Counted from the stretch's first letter, positions 38,661 to 52,118 are shown. The stretch is DNA of 64,000 nt from Rhina ancylostomus (GCA_030265395.1 JARFYF010000022.1:45801935-45865934), one strand, 5' to 3'. Notes: generated by a model not told the origin, from the sequence alone. A program made the numbers and translations.

Positions 38661-41651
38661 GAAGATTTTCATTTGGAAGATTTTCAATCTTCCAAAATGC
38701 CTCAACACTAACCAAAGCGTGGAATTTACTGCAGGCATATCAAATTTCACCTTTTCCTCCATGATTTACAGTTGAACATTCAGTCCAGGGAAGATGATTG
38801 ACCTTGGCAGACTAGAGCTCTGTCTGTCTAACTCTATATCTGTCTGCTACTCATCTCACAATTATAACTGCACTAGAGCCACTTGGAAAACACAGGCAAT
38901 CCTCCGAACTCCCAAATGAATTCAGAAGGCTGACTGATCAAGCAGAGTTCTGCATTGCACTTACCACATTGGCTGCTGGGCAGGTAAAGTGACTGGTCAT
39001 TGATGGGGCCTGTGTTAAAGCACTTTCCTTCTTTGCCAAGGAACTGACAGACAAGAAAAATGAGCCAAAGGGAGATCATATAGCACTTCTTGCATTTCCC
39101 ATAAATGCAATTCCCCAAGAAAAAACAAACACAAAAATGGGCAAATTCATGCCTGCACAGGCTGGAGGTGACATTTTGTAAGGATTAATAAGCACTGACA
39201 GAGGCTGAGCAAATGCATGATCAAAAGCCACTGTCGATCTATGTTGCACTCACTGCTCCTATGAACAGCAGAGTGATCACACAGAAATTATGCAGCAGTT
39301 CAAAACCAACTTTAAAAAGCAACTTACACCTGGTGGAAAATGAAAGTTGCATCCATCAACTATCAGAGAGAACTGGGGACCCCAAATTTGTCCATTGTTC
39401 ATTTTTATTTGTAGCCAAAAATCTGACACAGGATAACACTACAAAGAGTGCAAGTCTATATTTTTAAATAACTGATTGTCCAGATATGAACACCAGTAAC
39501 AGAGCGCAAAGCACTTGTCTATTCCAACGAGTACTGCTCATGAAGGTGAAGAGAGAACTTAAAACAATTCCCAGATGCAGAATGCTTTCTCCTTGAGACA
39601 ACCTGACTATACTCCATCTGCTGTTTAATGTGCTGCAGAATGGAGTGGACAGGCAGAAGGTCAGACTGTGGTGGATGAACTGAGAGATGGCGTTCCCATG
39701 TGGCACCTTACTATTAGAGACAGAAGCAGATACAGTCAGTCATACCTGCTGGATGCACTGTTTGATGATTTGACAGGGAAGAATAGGCAAAAACAGTGGA
39801 GGAGCAGAGTCCCAGAGATGGTGACATTGGCGGCAAGGGAATCCAAGAGGCAGTGACGGAGTAGGCAATGTAAACAAGAGGTAGTGACAGCAGGATCCGA
39901 GGTGGTGACAGGGTGAGTGTGGGGGATACAAGTGAGGGGTGAGAGGGAGGAAAAGAGGAGGCACAGGATCACACAGGCAGCATTACCAGCATAACAGGGA
40001 TCCTGGGAACAGAGGTGATGATGAGGGCAGAGGGAGGCTGGCAGTGGTGGCAGTGGATGGTGCAGAGGTGGGTAAGGGCAATGGAAGAAGTATCGCTATC
40101 TCCTGGAGGCGGCAATGTTGATAACATGATTACCATCGAAACAAGTATATTAGACAAATCCATATATACTATGCTGCTCCCCTTTTGGGAACTTTAATTT
40201 TAGAAATACTTCTTTCTCAAATTGAAATTACTTTTAGTTTTTCCACACTAGCCTTTAATCAATAATGAAAAAAAGTCAATTCAAGTTTTGAAAACTTTTT
40301 TATTTCTTTTTTTTTCCTCTTATTTATTTTTTGGGATCTGGGCCTCACTGCCAAACCCAGCATCTATTCCCCATCCCGAACTGCCCTTGAACTGCTTGGC
40401 TTGCTCTGCTTTTCAGAGGGACCTTTAAAGGTCCACTGCATTTAAGTGTTATGTTTTATTGCTTCATTCAGTAAAATGTGACCTAACACAGAAAAATTAA
40501 TGTCAAATTCCACCGAACCCATATTTTATCAGATGAAAATACCTGTGCATTTGTCACATTGATATACAAGCTGCCACCTCACCAGCTGCCATTCCAGTCA
40601 CTTTCCCCAAATATCCAGAAGGCTGACACGTACACTGATTTTTATGGTAATCCTTTAAGAGTATGGAAGTACATTTAACAGGAAGCCTGCCAGCGTATAA
40701 CTTTTTAATACTTCAGTGCATTGTCAACTTAGAGTTTTATGTGTGAAGACTGGAGAAGCTCAGAGAATTCATTCAACTCTCAGAGCAATTATGTAGTAAC
40801 TATTCAGACAGATTTGCTCAGTTTAAGAATTAGCTCCCTGGAAGATATCTTTTAAGAGTCCTTATGTATAATTTAGTTAAGAACATGAGAGATTTACACA
40901 CTGGTCTATATCACTTAAGTCTAGTTCAGTGGTAGATACCATCTTCTACAGTCAGGCACTGTACGACTCAGGGTTCCAAAAGATGACAAATATTCATCCT
41001 GTAAATGCTTCTTTTACATAAGCCAGTGAATTAATAATTTCCCTCAGCTGTCAACAAGACTTCATGCCAAATCAACTCTATCCAATCCATTTATTGGTAT
41101 AGATTGTGGGACAGGACTGTGTTTGATCTTGTGATATTACAAAGCCTAGAGACTTCACTTAAGACTGTTGATAACTCCATTTAAAGTACAGGCCAAAAGA
41201 TAGCAAGAAAAGAAACTAGGAACAAATTAACCATAGTGCAGCAACATTCATCATACAACATTTGATTGTTTGTAAATCCTAATAGGTGACAGAACTTTCT
41301 AAAACACATGGAAATAGCTTTATCTTTTCCAGCACCTGAATACAATCCTCACTAAACAGCTGCATATATAAACAGATCAAAACAACTGTGAAAGAAAAAG
41401 TGAGATAAAAAGCTCACAACTAGCAATGATCAATTTCTAGCATATCAACTGGTGATTATTACCACATAGTTAAGCTTTGCTAATTCCAGCCCCTTTGCCA
41501 GCAACTGAGGGATGCACTGGCAATACAAGGTAATTCCTTTAGCTTCCACAGTCATTTTCCCTTGTCCTCAATTCTGCGACACAACATTGTTAAACAGGTA
41601 CTATTCATCACTCTTCTTGAATGGATCTCAGTCTGAACTTATTTTTCTTAC

Positions 41652-41752
41652 CATGATTTTTGCTAAAACGCCATCTTCGCTCGAGTCAAAGGTAATAACA
41701 GCCTTGTCTGTTTCAATTTCACACAGTGCGTCACCAGCATGAACAACTTCCC
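41652..41752 (-). CDS. PDHX: PDHX internal exon (human exon 3 equivalent); contains the lipoylated lysine
   Basis: ctctttccttgtcccag|GGGAAGTT...AAAATCATG|gtaaga; 101 bp, phase 1/0; encodes [33 protein letters not shown] with the ETDKA lipoyl-attachment motif; in frame with both flanking exons. Confidence 0.97.
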
Positions 41753-41823
41753 CTGGGACAAGGAAAGAGGACATCAGAAACATTAACTGTTGTTGAACGT
41801 AGGAAGAACAAACTACCATTTAT

Positions 41824-42661
41824 NNNNNNNNNNNNNNNNNNNNNNNNNNNNNNNNNNNNNNNNNNNNNNNNNNNNNNNNNNNNNNNNNNNNNNNNNNNNN
41901 NNNNNNNNNNNNNNNNNNNNNNNNNNNNNNNNNNNNNNNNNNNNNNNNNNNNNNNNNNNNNNNNNNNNNNNNNNNNNNNNNNNNNNNNNNNNNNNNNNNN
42001 NNNNNNNNNNNNNNNNNNNNNNNNNNNNNNNNNNNNNNNNNNNNNNNNNNNNNNNNNNNNNNNNNNNNNNNNNNNNNNNNNNNNNNNNNNNNNNNNNNNN
42101 NNNNNNNNNNNNNNNNNNNNNNNNNNNNNNNNNNNNNNNNNNNNNNNNNNNNNNNNNNNNNNNNNNNNNNNNNNNNNNNNNNNNNNNNNNNNNNNNNNNN
42201 NNNNNNNNNNNNNNNNNNNNNNNNNNNNNNNNNNNNNNNNNNNNNNNNNNNNNNNNNNNNNNNNNNNNNNNNNNNNNNNNNNNNNNNNNNNNNNNNNNNN
42301 NNNNNNNNNNNNNNNNNNNNNNNNNNNNNNNNNNNNNNNNNNNNNNNNNNNNNNNNNNNNNNNNNNNNNNNNNNNNNNNNNNNNNNNNNNNNNNNNNNNN
42401 NNNNNNNNNNNNNNNNNNNNNNNNNNNNNNNNNNNNNNNNNNNNNNNNNNNNNNNNNNNNNNNNNNNNNNNNNNNNNNNNNNNNNNNNNNNNNNNNNNNN
42501 NNNNNNNNNNNNNNNNNNNNNNNNNNNNNNNNNNNNNNNNNNNNNNNNNNNNNNNNNNNNNNNNNNNNNNNNNNNNNNNNNNNNNNNNNNNNNNNNNNNN
42601 NNNNNNNNNNNNNNNNNNNNNNNNNNNNNNNNNNNNNNNNNNNNNNNNNNNNNNNNNNNNN
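41824..42661. other. Assembly gap (largest of many N runs), about 70 bp upstream of the exon 3 acceptor
   Basis: Run of N; other large runs at 6869-7173, 13779-14436 and 46443-46993, plus several of about 100 and about 10 N. Confidence 0.95.
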
Positions 42662-42912
42662 GACCCGGGTTCAATTCCCGCCGCTGTCTGTAAGGAGTTT
42701 GTACGTTCTCCTCGTGTCTGCGTGGGTTTCCTCCGGGTGCTCCGGTTTCCTCCCATATTCCAAAGACGTACGGGTTAGGAAGCTGTGGGCGTGCTATGTT
42801 GGTGCCGGAAGCGTGGCAACACTTGCGGGCTGCCCCCAGAACACTCTACGCAGTAAGATGCATTTCACAGTGTGTTTCAATGTACATGTGACTAATAATG
42901 ATATCTTTTCTT
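42662..42912 (+). mobile_element. V-SINE, same family as 9710 (5' end in N gap)
   Basis: gacccgggttcaattcccgccgctgtctgtaaggagtttgtacg...; CpGs retained, so probably a young copy. Confidence 0.92.
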
Positions 42913-43011
42913 ATAGTTCCCTGAAAGTGGAATCATGGGTGGACAGGGTGGTGAAGAAGGTGTCAGGCGTCTGGCATGCTGGCCTTCATCAGTCAAGGCA
43001 CTGGGTATAGG

Positions 43012-43153
43012 AAAACACTATGAAGCTGGAAGAACTCAGCAGGCCAGACAGCATCCGTTGATTTGTCTCCACAAATGCTGCCTGACCTGCTGAGTTCCTC
43101 CAGCTTCATGGTATTTTTCATCTAGATTCCAGCATCGGCAGTCCTTTGTTTCT
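43012..43153. mobile_element. Fold-back Penelope-derived element with 13-bp target-site duplication
   Basis: TSD cactgggtatagg (42999-43011) / cactgagtatagg (43154-43166); inverted arms 43021-43054 and 43075-43108. Confidence 0.85.
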
Positions 43154-43562
43154 CACTGAGTATAGGTGTTGGGGTGTTATGTTGCAGTTGTACAAGACAC
43201 ACAGTTTTAGTTACCCTGTTACAGGAAAGACGTCATTAAGTTAGAAAGAGTGCGGAGAAGATTTACAAGAATGTTGCCAGGACTCAAGCCTGAGTTATAG
43301 GGAGAGGTTGGGCACATTAGGACTTTATACCTTGGAGCATGAGGTGACCTCACAGAGGTGTATAAAATCATAAGAGGCAGAGATAAGGTAAATGCACTCA
43401 GCCTTTTTCCTAGGGAAAGGGAATCAAAAACTAGAGAGCATAGGTTTAAGGTGAGAAATGAAACACTTAAAAAGGGACCTGACAGACATCTTCTTCATGC
43501 AGAGAGTGCTGCATATATGGAATGAGCTGCCAGAGGAAGCAGTTGAAGCAGGTACAATAACA

Positions 43563-43893
43563 CAGAACACTACAGCACAGGCCCTTCAGCCCACAATATT
43601 GTGCCGACATTTTATCCTGCTCTCAGATCTATCTAACCCTTCCCTCCTACAGGGCCCCCTATTCTATCATTCATGTGTCTATCTAAGTCTCTTAAATGTC
43701 CCTAATGTATCTGCCCTCAAAACCTCTGCTGGCAGTGCGTTCCACGCACCCACAACTCTGTGTATTTAAAAAACTTACCCCCAACATCCCCCTTATACCT
43801 TCCTCCAATCAACTTAAAATCATGTCCCCTCGTGTTAGCCATTGTCACCCTGGGGAAAAGTCTCTGACTGTCCACTCGATCTTTGCCTCTTAT
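43563..43893 (-). mobile_element. 5'-truncated CR1 inserted antisense in another CR1
   Basis: TSD caataaca at 43555-43562 and 43894-43901; minus ORF IRGKDRVDSQRLFPRV...NTRGHDFKLIGGRYKGDV. Confidence 0.9.
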
Positions 43894-44850
43894 CAATAAC
43901 ATTTAAAAGACACATGGACAGGTACGTGGATAGGAAAGGTTTACGGGGATATGGGCCAAACGCGGGCAAAAGGGACTGGCTTAGATGGGCATCTTGGTCG
44001 GCCTGAATGAGTTGAGCTGAAGGGCCTGTTTCTGCGCTGTATTGCTCCACGACTCTGCGTTACGGGATGTGGGCAGGGTCAGACTGGTAAAGGATAGGAA
44101 GTTTTTGCAGTTAGACCTGACAACAATGCATTTCCAAGTAAGGACATTTTGTGCATCGAAGGGAAATTTGCAGGTGGTACCATTTCCATAATTTTGCTCT
44201 CACGGCTGAATGCCTTGTGCATGCCACATTTTGAACTATTCACACCCATGTGTACAACTATCATAATCAGTTATGGAAGTGCACTTAGCTAGGGGTAACA
44301 AACTAACTAAAATATATTTCTCAAAAAATGCGACTGAACATGAGATTGTGGAACCCTCCCTAATTCTCACCCTGCATGGCACTAAAAATAATGGCTCTGC
44401 TGAGGATCTCTTTAATTTTGTGCAACATTAGCCAAGACAATATTATTTTGGAGATTTGCTACTAATTATCATTTAAATGCAGTTTTCCAATTTGTCATGG
44501 CTCCAACATAGTTAGGGGTTAAATAAATGACTTTCAGCAACATTACCTCAAGTCCAAAGGGACCAAAATAAGATTCAAGCTCCTCTCCGAGTTCACGTCA
44601 GGAAGCTCTGAATTACCATCAGTGAATTTTTGAGGATCTCTGGATCTATTACACATTGCACTGTACGTTCCTGAATTTTCCCCAGTACATGAATAAATAT
44701 ACACCATTACTGTAATGGTGTATATTTGTGTAAATTCCCAGATTTTTATTATCACCACCGCACATCACTGAAAATATCCTGAGTCACATTATTCCGAACT
44801 ATTTTTTGCCATCAACAATTCACATTCGTGAAAACCTCTCGATTCATAAT

Positions 44851-45180
44851 CAGGGTGGCACAGGGTACTACAGCTAATAGCAACATAATCAGTGATGTGT
44901 TGTATGTGCAGAACTTGCACATTTCCCCGTGACTCTCGGTGTTTGGGATTCCACTCGGTGTTCCCATTTCCTCCGACGTCCCAAAAATGTTCAGCCTGGT
45001 AGATTAATTGGCCGCTGTAAATTGCCTTTAGCATGTAGATGGGTGGTAGAATCTTGGGAGAGATGATAGGATTGTGGGGAGAATAGATGAGATTAATGTC
45101 AGATTATTAGAAATGGATGCTTGATAGTTGACACAGACCCAGTGGGCTGAAGGGTCCATTTCTGTGCTACATCTATGACT
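44851..45180 (+). mobile_element. V-SINE (HE1-like) with CR1 tail, diverged
   Basis: ggtggcacag head, ttgcacatttccccgtgac V-domain, ttaattggccgctgtaaattgcc, gggctgaagggtcc tail. Confidence 0.7.
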
Positions 45181-47064
45181 CCATAATTACTACTTGCACT
45201 GTAATAGCCATCTCTTGGTCCACATTACCGCCTGCAGTGAACACTCATGATTATCTCTTGACCTGCATTACCATCAGGGTTGTCTGTCCTGGAACGTCTC
45301 CCGATCCACATTAGCACTTAAGGTTCTCAATCCATATTATCACCTGGCACTACATGATTTTGATTGTACCCTGATGTAATTTATCATCTCTTCAGTATGT
45401 TCTTGGATATGGCTGGAGTGTTTAATCACAGAAAATACTTCTTAAGCCCAAAATACATACATAGAATTCGTCCTTGGTTATAATTGGTTATTTCAGCGAG
45501 TTAGGAGGGACTGCATGGTTCACTTCAACCTTGTTTTATAACAAAACCATAGTTTTGCTCTCATTGCTGTTTTTAGCCGTGTTTAAATGGCTAACTTCTA
45601 TGTATAAATAGCCCAATTACCAGCACGAAAAATTAGACACTCTGAGGTTGCTTGCTGTAACAAAACTGATTTCTATTTAGATTGCCAACCATCAGGGTTT
45701 CTCCTAGAGTTTGCAGGAATTAATAATTAATCTTGACATTGCTGCAGGCAACCGAGAGGAAAAACCATTAAATGTATCATCTGTCACTTGCTTATTTATT
45801 ATTTATATAAATCTTGGTGATGCAAAATGGAGACCACACAATGAGACCTCCAGGTGTGAGCTGGGTTGTCTAACTCACCACCCAGCAGTTATGGCAGTAA
45901 CCATCGGCTGTTGGCAGCACTTCATGTTGGAAAATTGCCGGCTCAGTGGAGGTGGCACTGATCGGCCACATTTTGAATTCCATGGGCACTGATCCAACCC
46001 GTGCCTTTGCTGTGGCACTGGGCTCCAAATGCTGGGCTACAGCAATACTGAATTATGGTCCCACCATATTAGCTGCATGGTTGCCACGACCAGTGACCTC
46101 GCTGTGTGCATCACCACAGCGGAAGGGTTCAATTCAGACTCCCGGACATAATAAAGCAAGAAAAATCTGAAGACTAAATTTTCCACTATAAATGGGATTA
46201 AAGGCTCAAATTTTAATGTCATTGCATCAGACAAAGGAAAATATTTCAGTGATGTAGTCTGAGGCACATTCATAAAAGAGGAACCTTTTCCCTTAACGAT
46301 CTTGCTTTCCTCCTTTTGTTCCTCAATGCAGGCCATGAGATTAAATGAGTGACTGCCCCCCCCCCCCGCACAGTCCCTCCTCCCACACTGGTCCCCCCGC
46401 ACCGTCTCCCCCCCACCCCTCCGTACCCCTGCACTGTTTCTGNNNNNNNNNNNNNNNNNNNNNNNNNNNNNNNNNNNNNNNNNNNNNNNNNNNNNNNNNN
46501 NNNNNNNNNNNNNNNNNNNNNNNNNNNNNNNNNNNNNNNNNNNNNNNNNNNNNNNNNNNNNNNNNNNNNNNNNNNNNNNNNNNNNNNNNNNNNNNNNNNN
46601 NNNNNNNNNNNNNNNNNNNNNNNNNNNNNNNNNNNNNNNNNNNNNNNNNNNNNNNNNNNNNNNNNNNNNNNNNNNNNNNNNNNNNNNNNNNNNNNNNNNN
46701 NNNNNNNNNNNNNNNNNNNNNNNNNNNNNNNNNNNNNNNNNNNNNNNNNNNNNNNNNNNNNNNNNNNNNNNNNNNNNNNNNNNNNNNNNNNNNNNNNNNN
46801 NNNNNNNNNNNNNNNNNNNNNNNNNNNNNNNNNNNNNNNNNNNNNNNNNNNNNNNNNNNNNNNNNNNNNNNNNNNNNNNNNNNNNNNNNNNNNNNNNNNN
46901 NNNNNNNNNNNNNNNNNNNNNNNNNNNNNNNNNNNNNNNNNNNNNNNNNNNNNNNNNNNNNNNNNNNNNNNNNNNNNNNNNNNNNNNNNNNNNATTAAAT
47001 TATTGACGGCCCCCCCCCCCCGACTGTTGTCCTTCAGCTCAGTGAGGCTGCTTGATAACAAGGT

Positions 47065-47272
47065 AAATGAAAACCAAAACAATACCACATGCTGGAAATC
47101 TGAAGTAGAAAATGCTGGAAACACTCAGTAGGTCAAGCAGCATCCAAGGAAAGAGAAACCTTGTTAATGTCAGTCCAAGACCCTTCATCCAGTTCTGACG
47201 AATGTTAGTTGTTCTCTTCCCATTGAAGCTGTCTGACCTGCTGAGTCTATTCAGCATTTTCTGTTTTTATTA
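47065..47272. mobile_element. Fold-back Penelope-derived element
   Basis: agaaaatgctggaaacactcag...aagacccttcatc...ctgacctgctgag...cagcattttctg inverted arms. Confidence 0.7.
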
Positions 47273-48414
47273 GGCAAGCAGTTTAAGCGGCAACTTGAGA
47301 GGACTTAACTCTGCAGGACAAACATTGTGATTGCATTAGAAGTACAAAAGTAAGAGCATACAACTTGAATGTACAGTGGAAGGCAGAAACCCGTTAGGTT
47401 TAGACCATATTGGACAAAGCACAAACACCTCACCAACATTAGCATATTCATTTTACTAATACCTGGAAACATTCTCACAGCTACTCCAAGCCATAGGCAC
47501 AAGTCTCAAAATTTGCTAAGCTCCCTATCAGGATGTGCCTTAATGAATCACGTAATTCAAAAAAGGTGACGATATAGATCTACACATCTAATTCTGGAGT
47601 GTGACTGTTCTATACACTCANNNNNNNNNAGTGTGACTGAACTACATAACTGACTGGAGTGAGAATACACTACATTATTTATACTACATTGATATGGAAT
47701 ATATTTCAGTGAAGTTTAAGAAAAGAAAGTTGTGCTTGTCGAGTCCATGAAATAGCCTCCGTGCTAAAAGATACTGTGTGATTCTATTATGATTCTCAAC
47801 ACTTACCCTTATAATTTGAATTATGGAAGGAGTCATAAAAGTGCTTTGAAGCAAGAGGTCATTTGGCCCATCAAGCCCACACCAGCTCCTGCTGGAACAA
47901 TCCCATCAGTTCCATTCTGCCACTTGTCCCCCCCCCCAAAAGCCCTACAAATTCTCTTTAAAGTACCTGTAAAAACACTGATTGATTCAGATTCCACCAG
48001 ACTTGAGGACAGAGTCGCAGAACTACTCGATGAATAAGAAAGTTTTTCCTCACATTTATCTTTACATCTTTTGTCCAAAATTCTAAATCCAAGAACCTAG
48101 CCCTTGAAACAATCCACAAATGGGAACACCTTCCTTCTACTTACTATTCCTAGACTTGTCAGAATCTTGTATACTTCAATCAAAAGTCACCTCAACCTTA
48201 TTTACTTCAATGAGAATCACCCAAGGTTTTCCATTCTAACTTGTTGCTGAAATGCCCTGCCTCAGAACAATTGTGATGAGTATTTTCTGAACACTCTTTA
48301 TGAACTTCCTAAAGTGCGGTGACCAGAATCAGATGCGAAACTCTAGTTGTGGTCTAACCATACTTGTACAGATTCAGCGTCTTTTCCTTGCTTTTGTATT
48401 CTATGCAAAAGCAA

Positions 48415-49512
48415 GGAAGAGACATTGAAAAACATACGTCAGGCTGCTGTTAATCGATTACAGCTCAGCTTTGAACACCATTATCCCCTCAGTATTAATC
48501 ACCAAGCTTCAAAACCTGAGCCTCTGTACGCCCCTCTGCAACTGGATCCTCAACTTCCTTATCGGGAGACCATAGTCAGTGCAGATTGGTAATAACATCT
48601 CCTCCTCGCTGACAATCAACACAGGCGCACCTCAAGGATGCGTGCTTAGCCCACTGTTCTACTCTCTACACTCATGACTGTGTGGCTAAGCATAACTCAA
48701 ATGCCATCTATAAATTCACCAACGACACCCCTGCTGTGGGTAGAATCTTAGATGATGAAGAGGCGTACAGGAATGAGACAGATCGGCTGGGTGAGTGGTT
48801 TCGCAACAACCACCTCACACTCAACATCAGCAGTACCAAGGAATTGATTGTGGACTTCAGGAAGGGCAAGTCGGGAGAACACATCAGCGGTGGAAAGGTT
48901 GAGCAGTTCAAGTTCCTGGGTGTCAACATCTCGGAGGATCTATCCTGGGCCCAACACACTGATGCAATCATGAAAAAGGCACTCCAGCGGCTCTACTTCG
49001 TTAGGGCTTAGAGGAGATTTGGTATGTCAAAGACTCTTGCAAATTTCAGTAGATGCACAGTGGAGAGCAATCTGACTGGCTGCATCACAGCCTGGTGTGG
49101 AGGCTCCATACCAGGATTGCAAGAAGCTGCAGAAGGTTGTAGACTCAGCCAGCTCCATCATGAGCACAACCCTCCCCACCATCAAGGACATCTTCAAGAA
49201 GCGGTGCCTCAAGAAGGGAGGTATCCATCACTAAGGACCCTCACCATCTGGGGCATGCTCTCTTCCCATTACTTCCATCAGAGAGGTGGTACAGGAGCTT
49301 GAAGACACACACTCAATGACTTAGGAACAGCTTCCTCCCCTCTGCCATCAAATTTCTGAAAGGTCCATGAAGCCACGAACACTACTTCATTATTCCTTTT
49401 TTTGCACTATTTACTTTCTAATTATAGTAATTCTATGTCTTTGCACTGTACTGCTGCCACATAACAACAAATTTCTCCACATACAAGTCAGTGATAATAA
49501 ACCTGATTCTGA
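48415..49512 (+). mobile_element. Rex1/Babar LINE, 5'-truncated; reverse-transcriptase remnant with stops and frameshifts
   Basis: [40 protein letters not shown] (YADD site), KTKE-like STKELIVDFRK, FKFLGVNISEDLSW; tail gataataaacctgattctga. Confidence 0.92.
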
Positions 49513-49987
49513 GTTAATTCATGACACCCAGGATTTCATATGATTTTCTAAACACTCTCTCAGCATGCCCAGCCACTTTCAAGGATTTATGTAAAACATG
49601 GAAAGGTCCCTCTGCCTCTGTACACCCTTTAGAACCCTGCTATTTGGTGAATATTTTTCTCTATATCCAAAGTGCCTCACTTCAAACCTCCATATTAAAT
49701 TTCACTTGCTGCTTGTCTGCCTGCCCACCTGCTGTTTATTGCTATTCTCCCCACTGCAGGTCACACTTCCAAGCTTTGTCTCATACGTTGATTTGGAATT
49801 TTTTTTAATGCTGCATATCCCTGTTCAAGTTATCAGTATATAACCACAAAAAAAGTAGTGGTTCCAGCTCCGATCAACTATCCTCCAACTTTAAAAACTG
49901 TTACCACTGCTGTCTGCTTTCTGCCTTTAGGCCAATTCCTATCCATGTTGCTGGTGACTCTAAGTCCATGGGCTAATCAGCTTTTTT

Positions 49988-50332
49988 CATAGTATCACAC
50001 AACACAGGAACAGGTCCTCTGGTTCACCATGTCCTCATTGACCACCAAGCATCCACTTGCACTAATCTCAATTTATTCTCCTGACATTCCCATCAACTCC
50101 CCTCCAGATTCTACCACTTACCTACATACTTGGGGCAACTTACAGTGGTTAATTAACCTACCAACTCGCACGTCTCTGGGATGTGATAGGAAACCAGGGC
50201 ACTCAGAGGAACCCCACACAGCCACAGGGAGAGTATGTGAACTGCACACAGACAGCACCAATGGTTAGGACTGAACCCAGAAGGCTGGAACTGTGAGGCA
50301 GCAGCTCCACAAGCTGCACCACTGTGGTGCCC
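49988..50332 (-). mobile_element. V-SINE (HE1-like)
   Basis: Reverse complement of head (gcaccacagtggtgcagc, ctgggttcagtcc), V-domain and CR1-type tail. Confidence 0.75.
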
Positions 50333-51544
50333 CTTTCAAGTGGGATTTCATCAAACATCTTCTGAAAATCAGATGAAATCTACTGCATTCTTTTCATTAG
50401 TTTTTTCTACTACCACAATACATTGAATCAGGTTAGTCAAACAAGATTTGACTTCAACAAATCAAAGCTGGCTCTCCTTTACCAATTTAACCGTTATTAG
50501 ACACTTGCAAGAGCTACGTATAAGTTAAAATGACTGGCTTGTAGTTGCCCGATGTGTCTTTGCGCTCATTTTTGAACAAGAGTGTTCCAGTTGCTGTTAT
50601 CCAGTTCTCTGTATCTAGAGAGGATTGGGAGATTAATGGCAAGCCCTTCTACCACTTCTCACTCCAATTCCCAAAGCAATCCAGGATGCACCCCGACTTT
50701 ACCTGGTGACTTGTTTCCTTCAAGTATTGCAATCCCTGCTCACCAATTTTCACCCATTATCCTGATGAGCCTTCTGGTGAATTTTTGGCAGCATCTCACT
50801 GGTAAAGGCTGATTATGTACTCATTCAGTATTTTAGTTATGCCTTGATCACCTGTTTCCCCTCACATCTCCTCTTACTATTTACATATCCATAGAAGACT
50901 TGGTTTTTTAATGTTAATACATGCTCAAGAAGATTTTATGTTTAGTTGTCACTTCTTTGAAGTATTGCAGATTCAGTGAGTTGTTTGTGATCTCAGAAGA
51001 GTGTGTTATTACACCAGACTTAAGTTCCCACTTGCTGCATAAGAAATGTTAATATTAACATGATATTTAAAATGCTGTGCTGAAAATAATGAAATAATCA
51101 CTATCCACCAGACCTTATAAAATAAGCTCGCATTGCCCTCTACTGACTAAAAGATGGTATTTCCTTTGAAGGAAATAGATACCTAACGCTTTGGGTTTTA
51201 AGCTGTGAGGTTGTTACTAGATCCAGTACCAGAAGTATGAAAGGATTCAAATGCTAAATGGGGGAAAAAAGTGCTAGAACAACATATAGTCCTAAGTGCT
51301 ACATTTCCCATAATCAGATCAAATTTGCAATACTAGCAGATGAATGACTGCCCAGAATCAGTAGAGCATTAGACGTACAAGTATCTGCAATTCTGCACTC
51401 TTATTTCCCTCTCATTGATTAAAATGTGACCTGCAGGATAGTCAGGAAATGGATCTCACCACATCTGAACTTAAAACACACGAGGGATTTTCAGAAAAGA
51501 TTACAATAATAAAAAGGTACAAGCAGAGCAATTTACAACACAAC

Positions 51545-52118
51545 AAATTCAAAGTAACTTAGTTTATTATTGTCACATGCACCGAGGTACAGTGAAAAAC
51601 CTTGCTTTGCATGCCATACAGACAGATCATTTCATCACATCAGTGCATTGATGTGGTAGAAGGAGAAACAACAACAGAATGCAGAATGAAGTATTAGAGT
51701 TACAGAGAAAGTACAGTGCAGGCAGACATTAAGGTGCAAGGTCATAATGAAGTAGATTGTGAGGTTAAGAGCCCACCTTATCATACTAGGNNNNNNNNNN
51801 TTCTGTCCAATGGGAGAAGGGAGAAGACAGAATGTCTGGGGTGGGTGGGGTCTTCGATTATGTTTGTCTACACTTCTCACTGCCTTGACAGAGTCCATGG
51901 AGGAGAGACTTCCCCCCAGATGTGCTGAGCTGTGTCCACAACTCTCTTAAGTTTCTTGCAGTCTCAGGCAGAGCAATTGCCATACCAAGCTGTGATGAAT
52001 CTGGTTAGGATGCTTTCTATGGTGCATCTATAAAAAATGGTAAGAGTCAAAGGGGACATGCCAGATTTCTTTAGTCTCCTGAGGAAGTGCCGGTCCACTT
52101 TCTTGGCCATGGTGTCTG
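51545..52118 (-). mobile_element. Rex1/Babar LINE 3' fragment
   Basis: Minus ORF HFLRRLKKSGMSPLTLTIFYRCTIESILTRFITAWYGNCSA; tail gtgacaataataaact. Confidence 0.85.

Larger units (their letters stand above)
42915..44056 (+). mobile_element. CR1/HER1 LINE 3' portion hosting two nested insertions
   Basis: SLKVESWVDRVVKK...FFMQRVLHIWNELPEEAVEAGT CR1 ORF2 C-terminus; tail gaagggcctgtttctgcgctgta. Confidence 0.88.
47830..50900 (-). mobile_element. Old CR1 LINE broken by Rex1/Babar and V-SINE insertions
   Basis: Antisense CR1 motifs (ggcccatcaagccc tail; cctaaagtgcggtgaccagaa; attaaatttca; ttagtcaaacaagattt; gttaaaatgactggcttgtagtt) in collinear order. Confidence 0.55.

Noticed and set aside
39560-40120. 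Purine-rich block vaguely resembling a Harbinger Myb/SANT ORF
   Set aside because: Motifs too degenerate to support a call
41726-43010. Long ORFs in the track (also near 6.7-7.3, 13.7-14.6 and 46.3-47.1 kb)
   Set aside because: Artefacts of translating through N gaps
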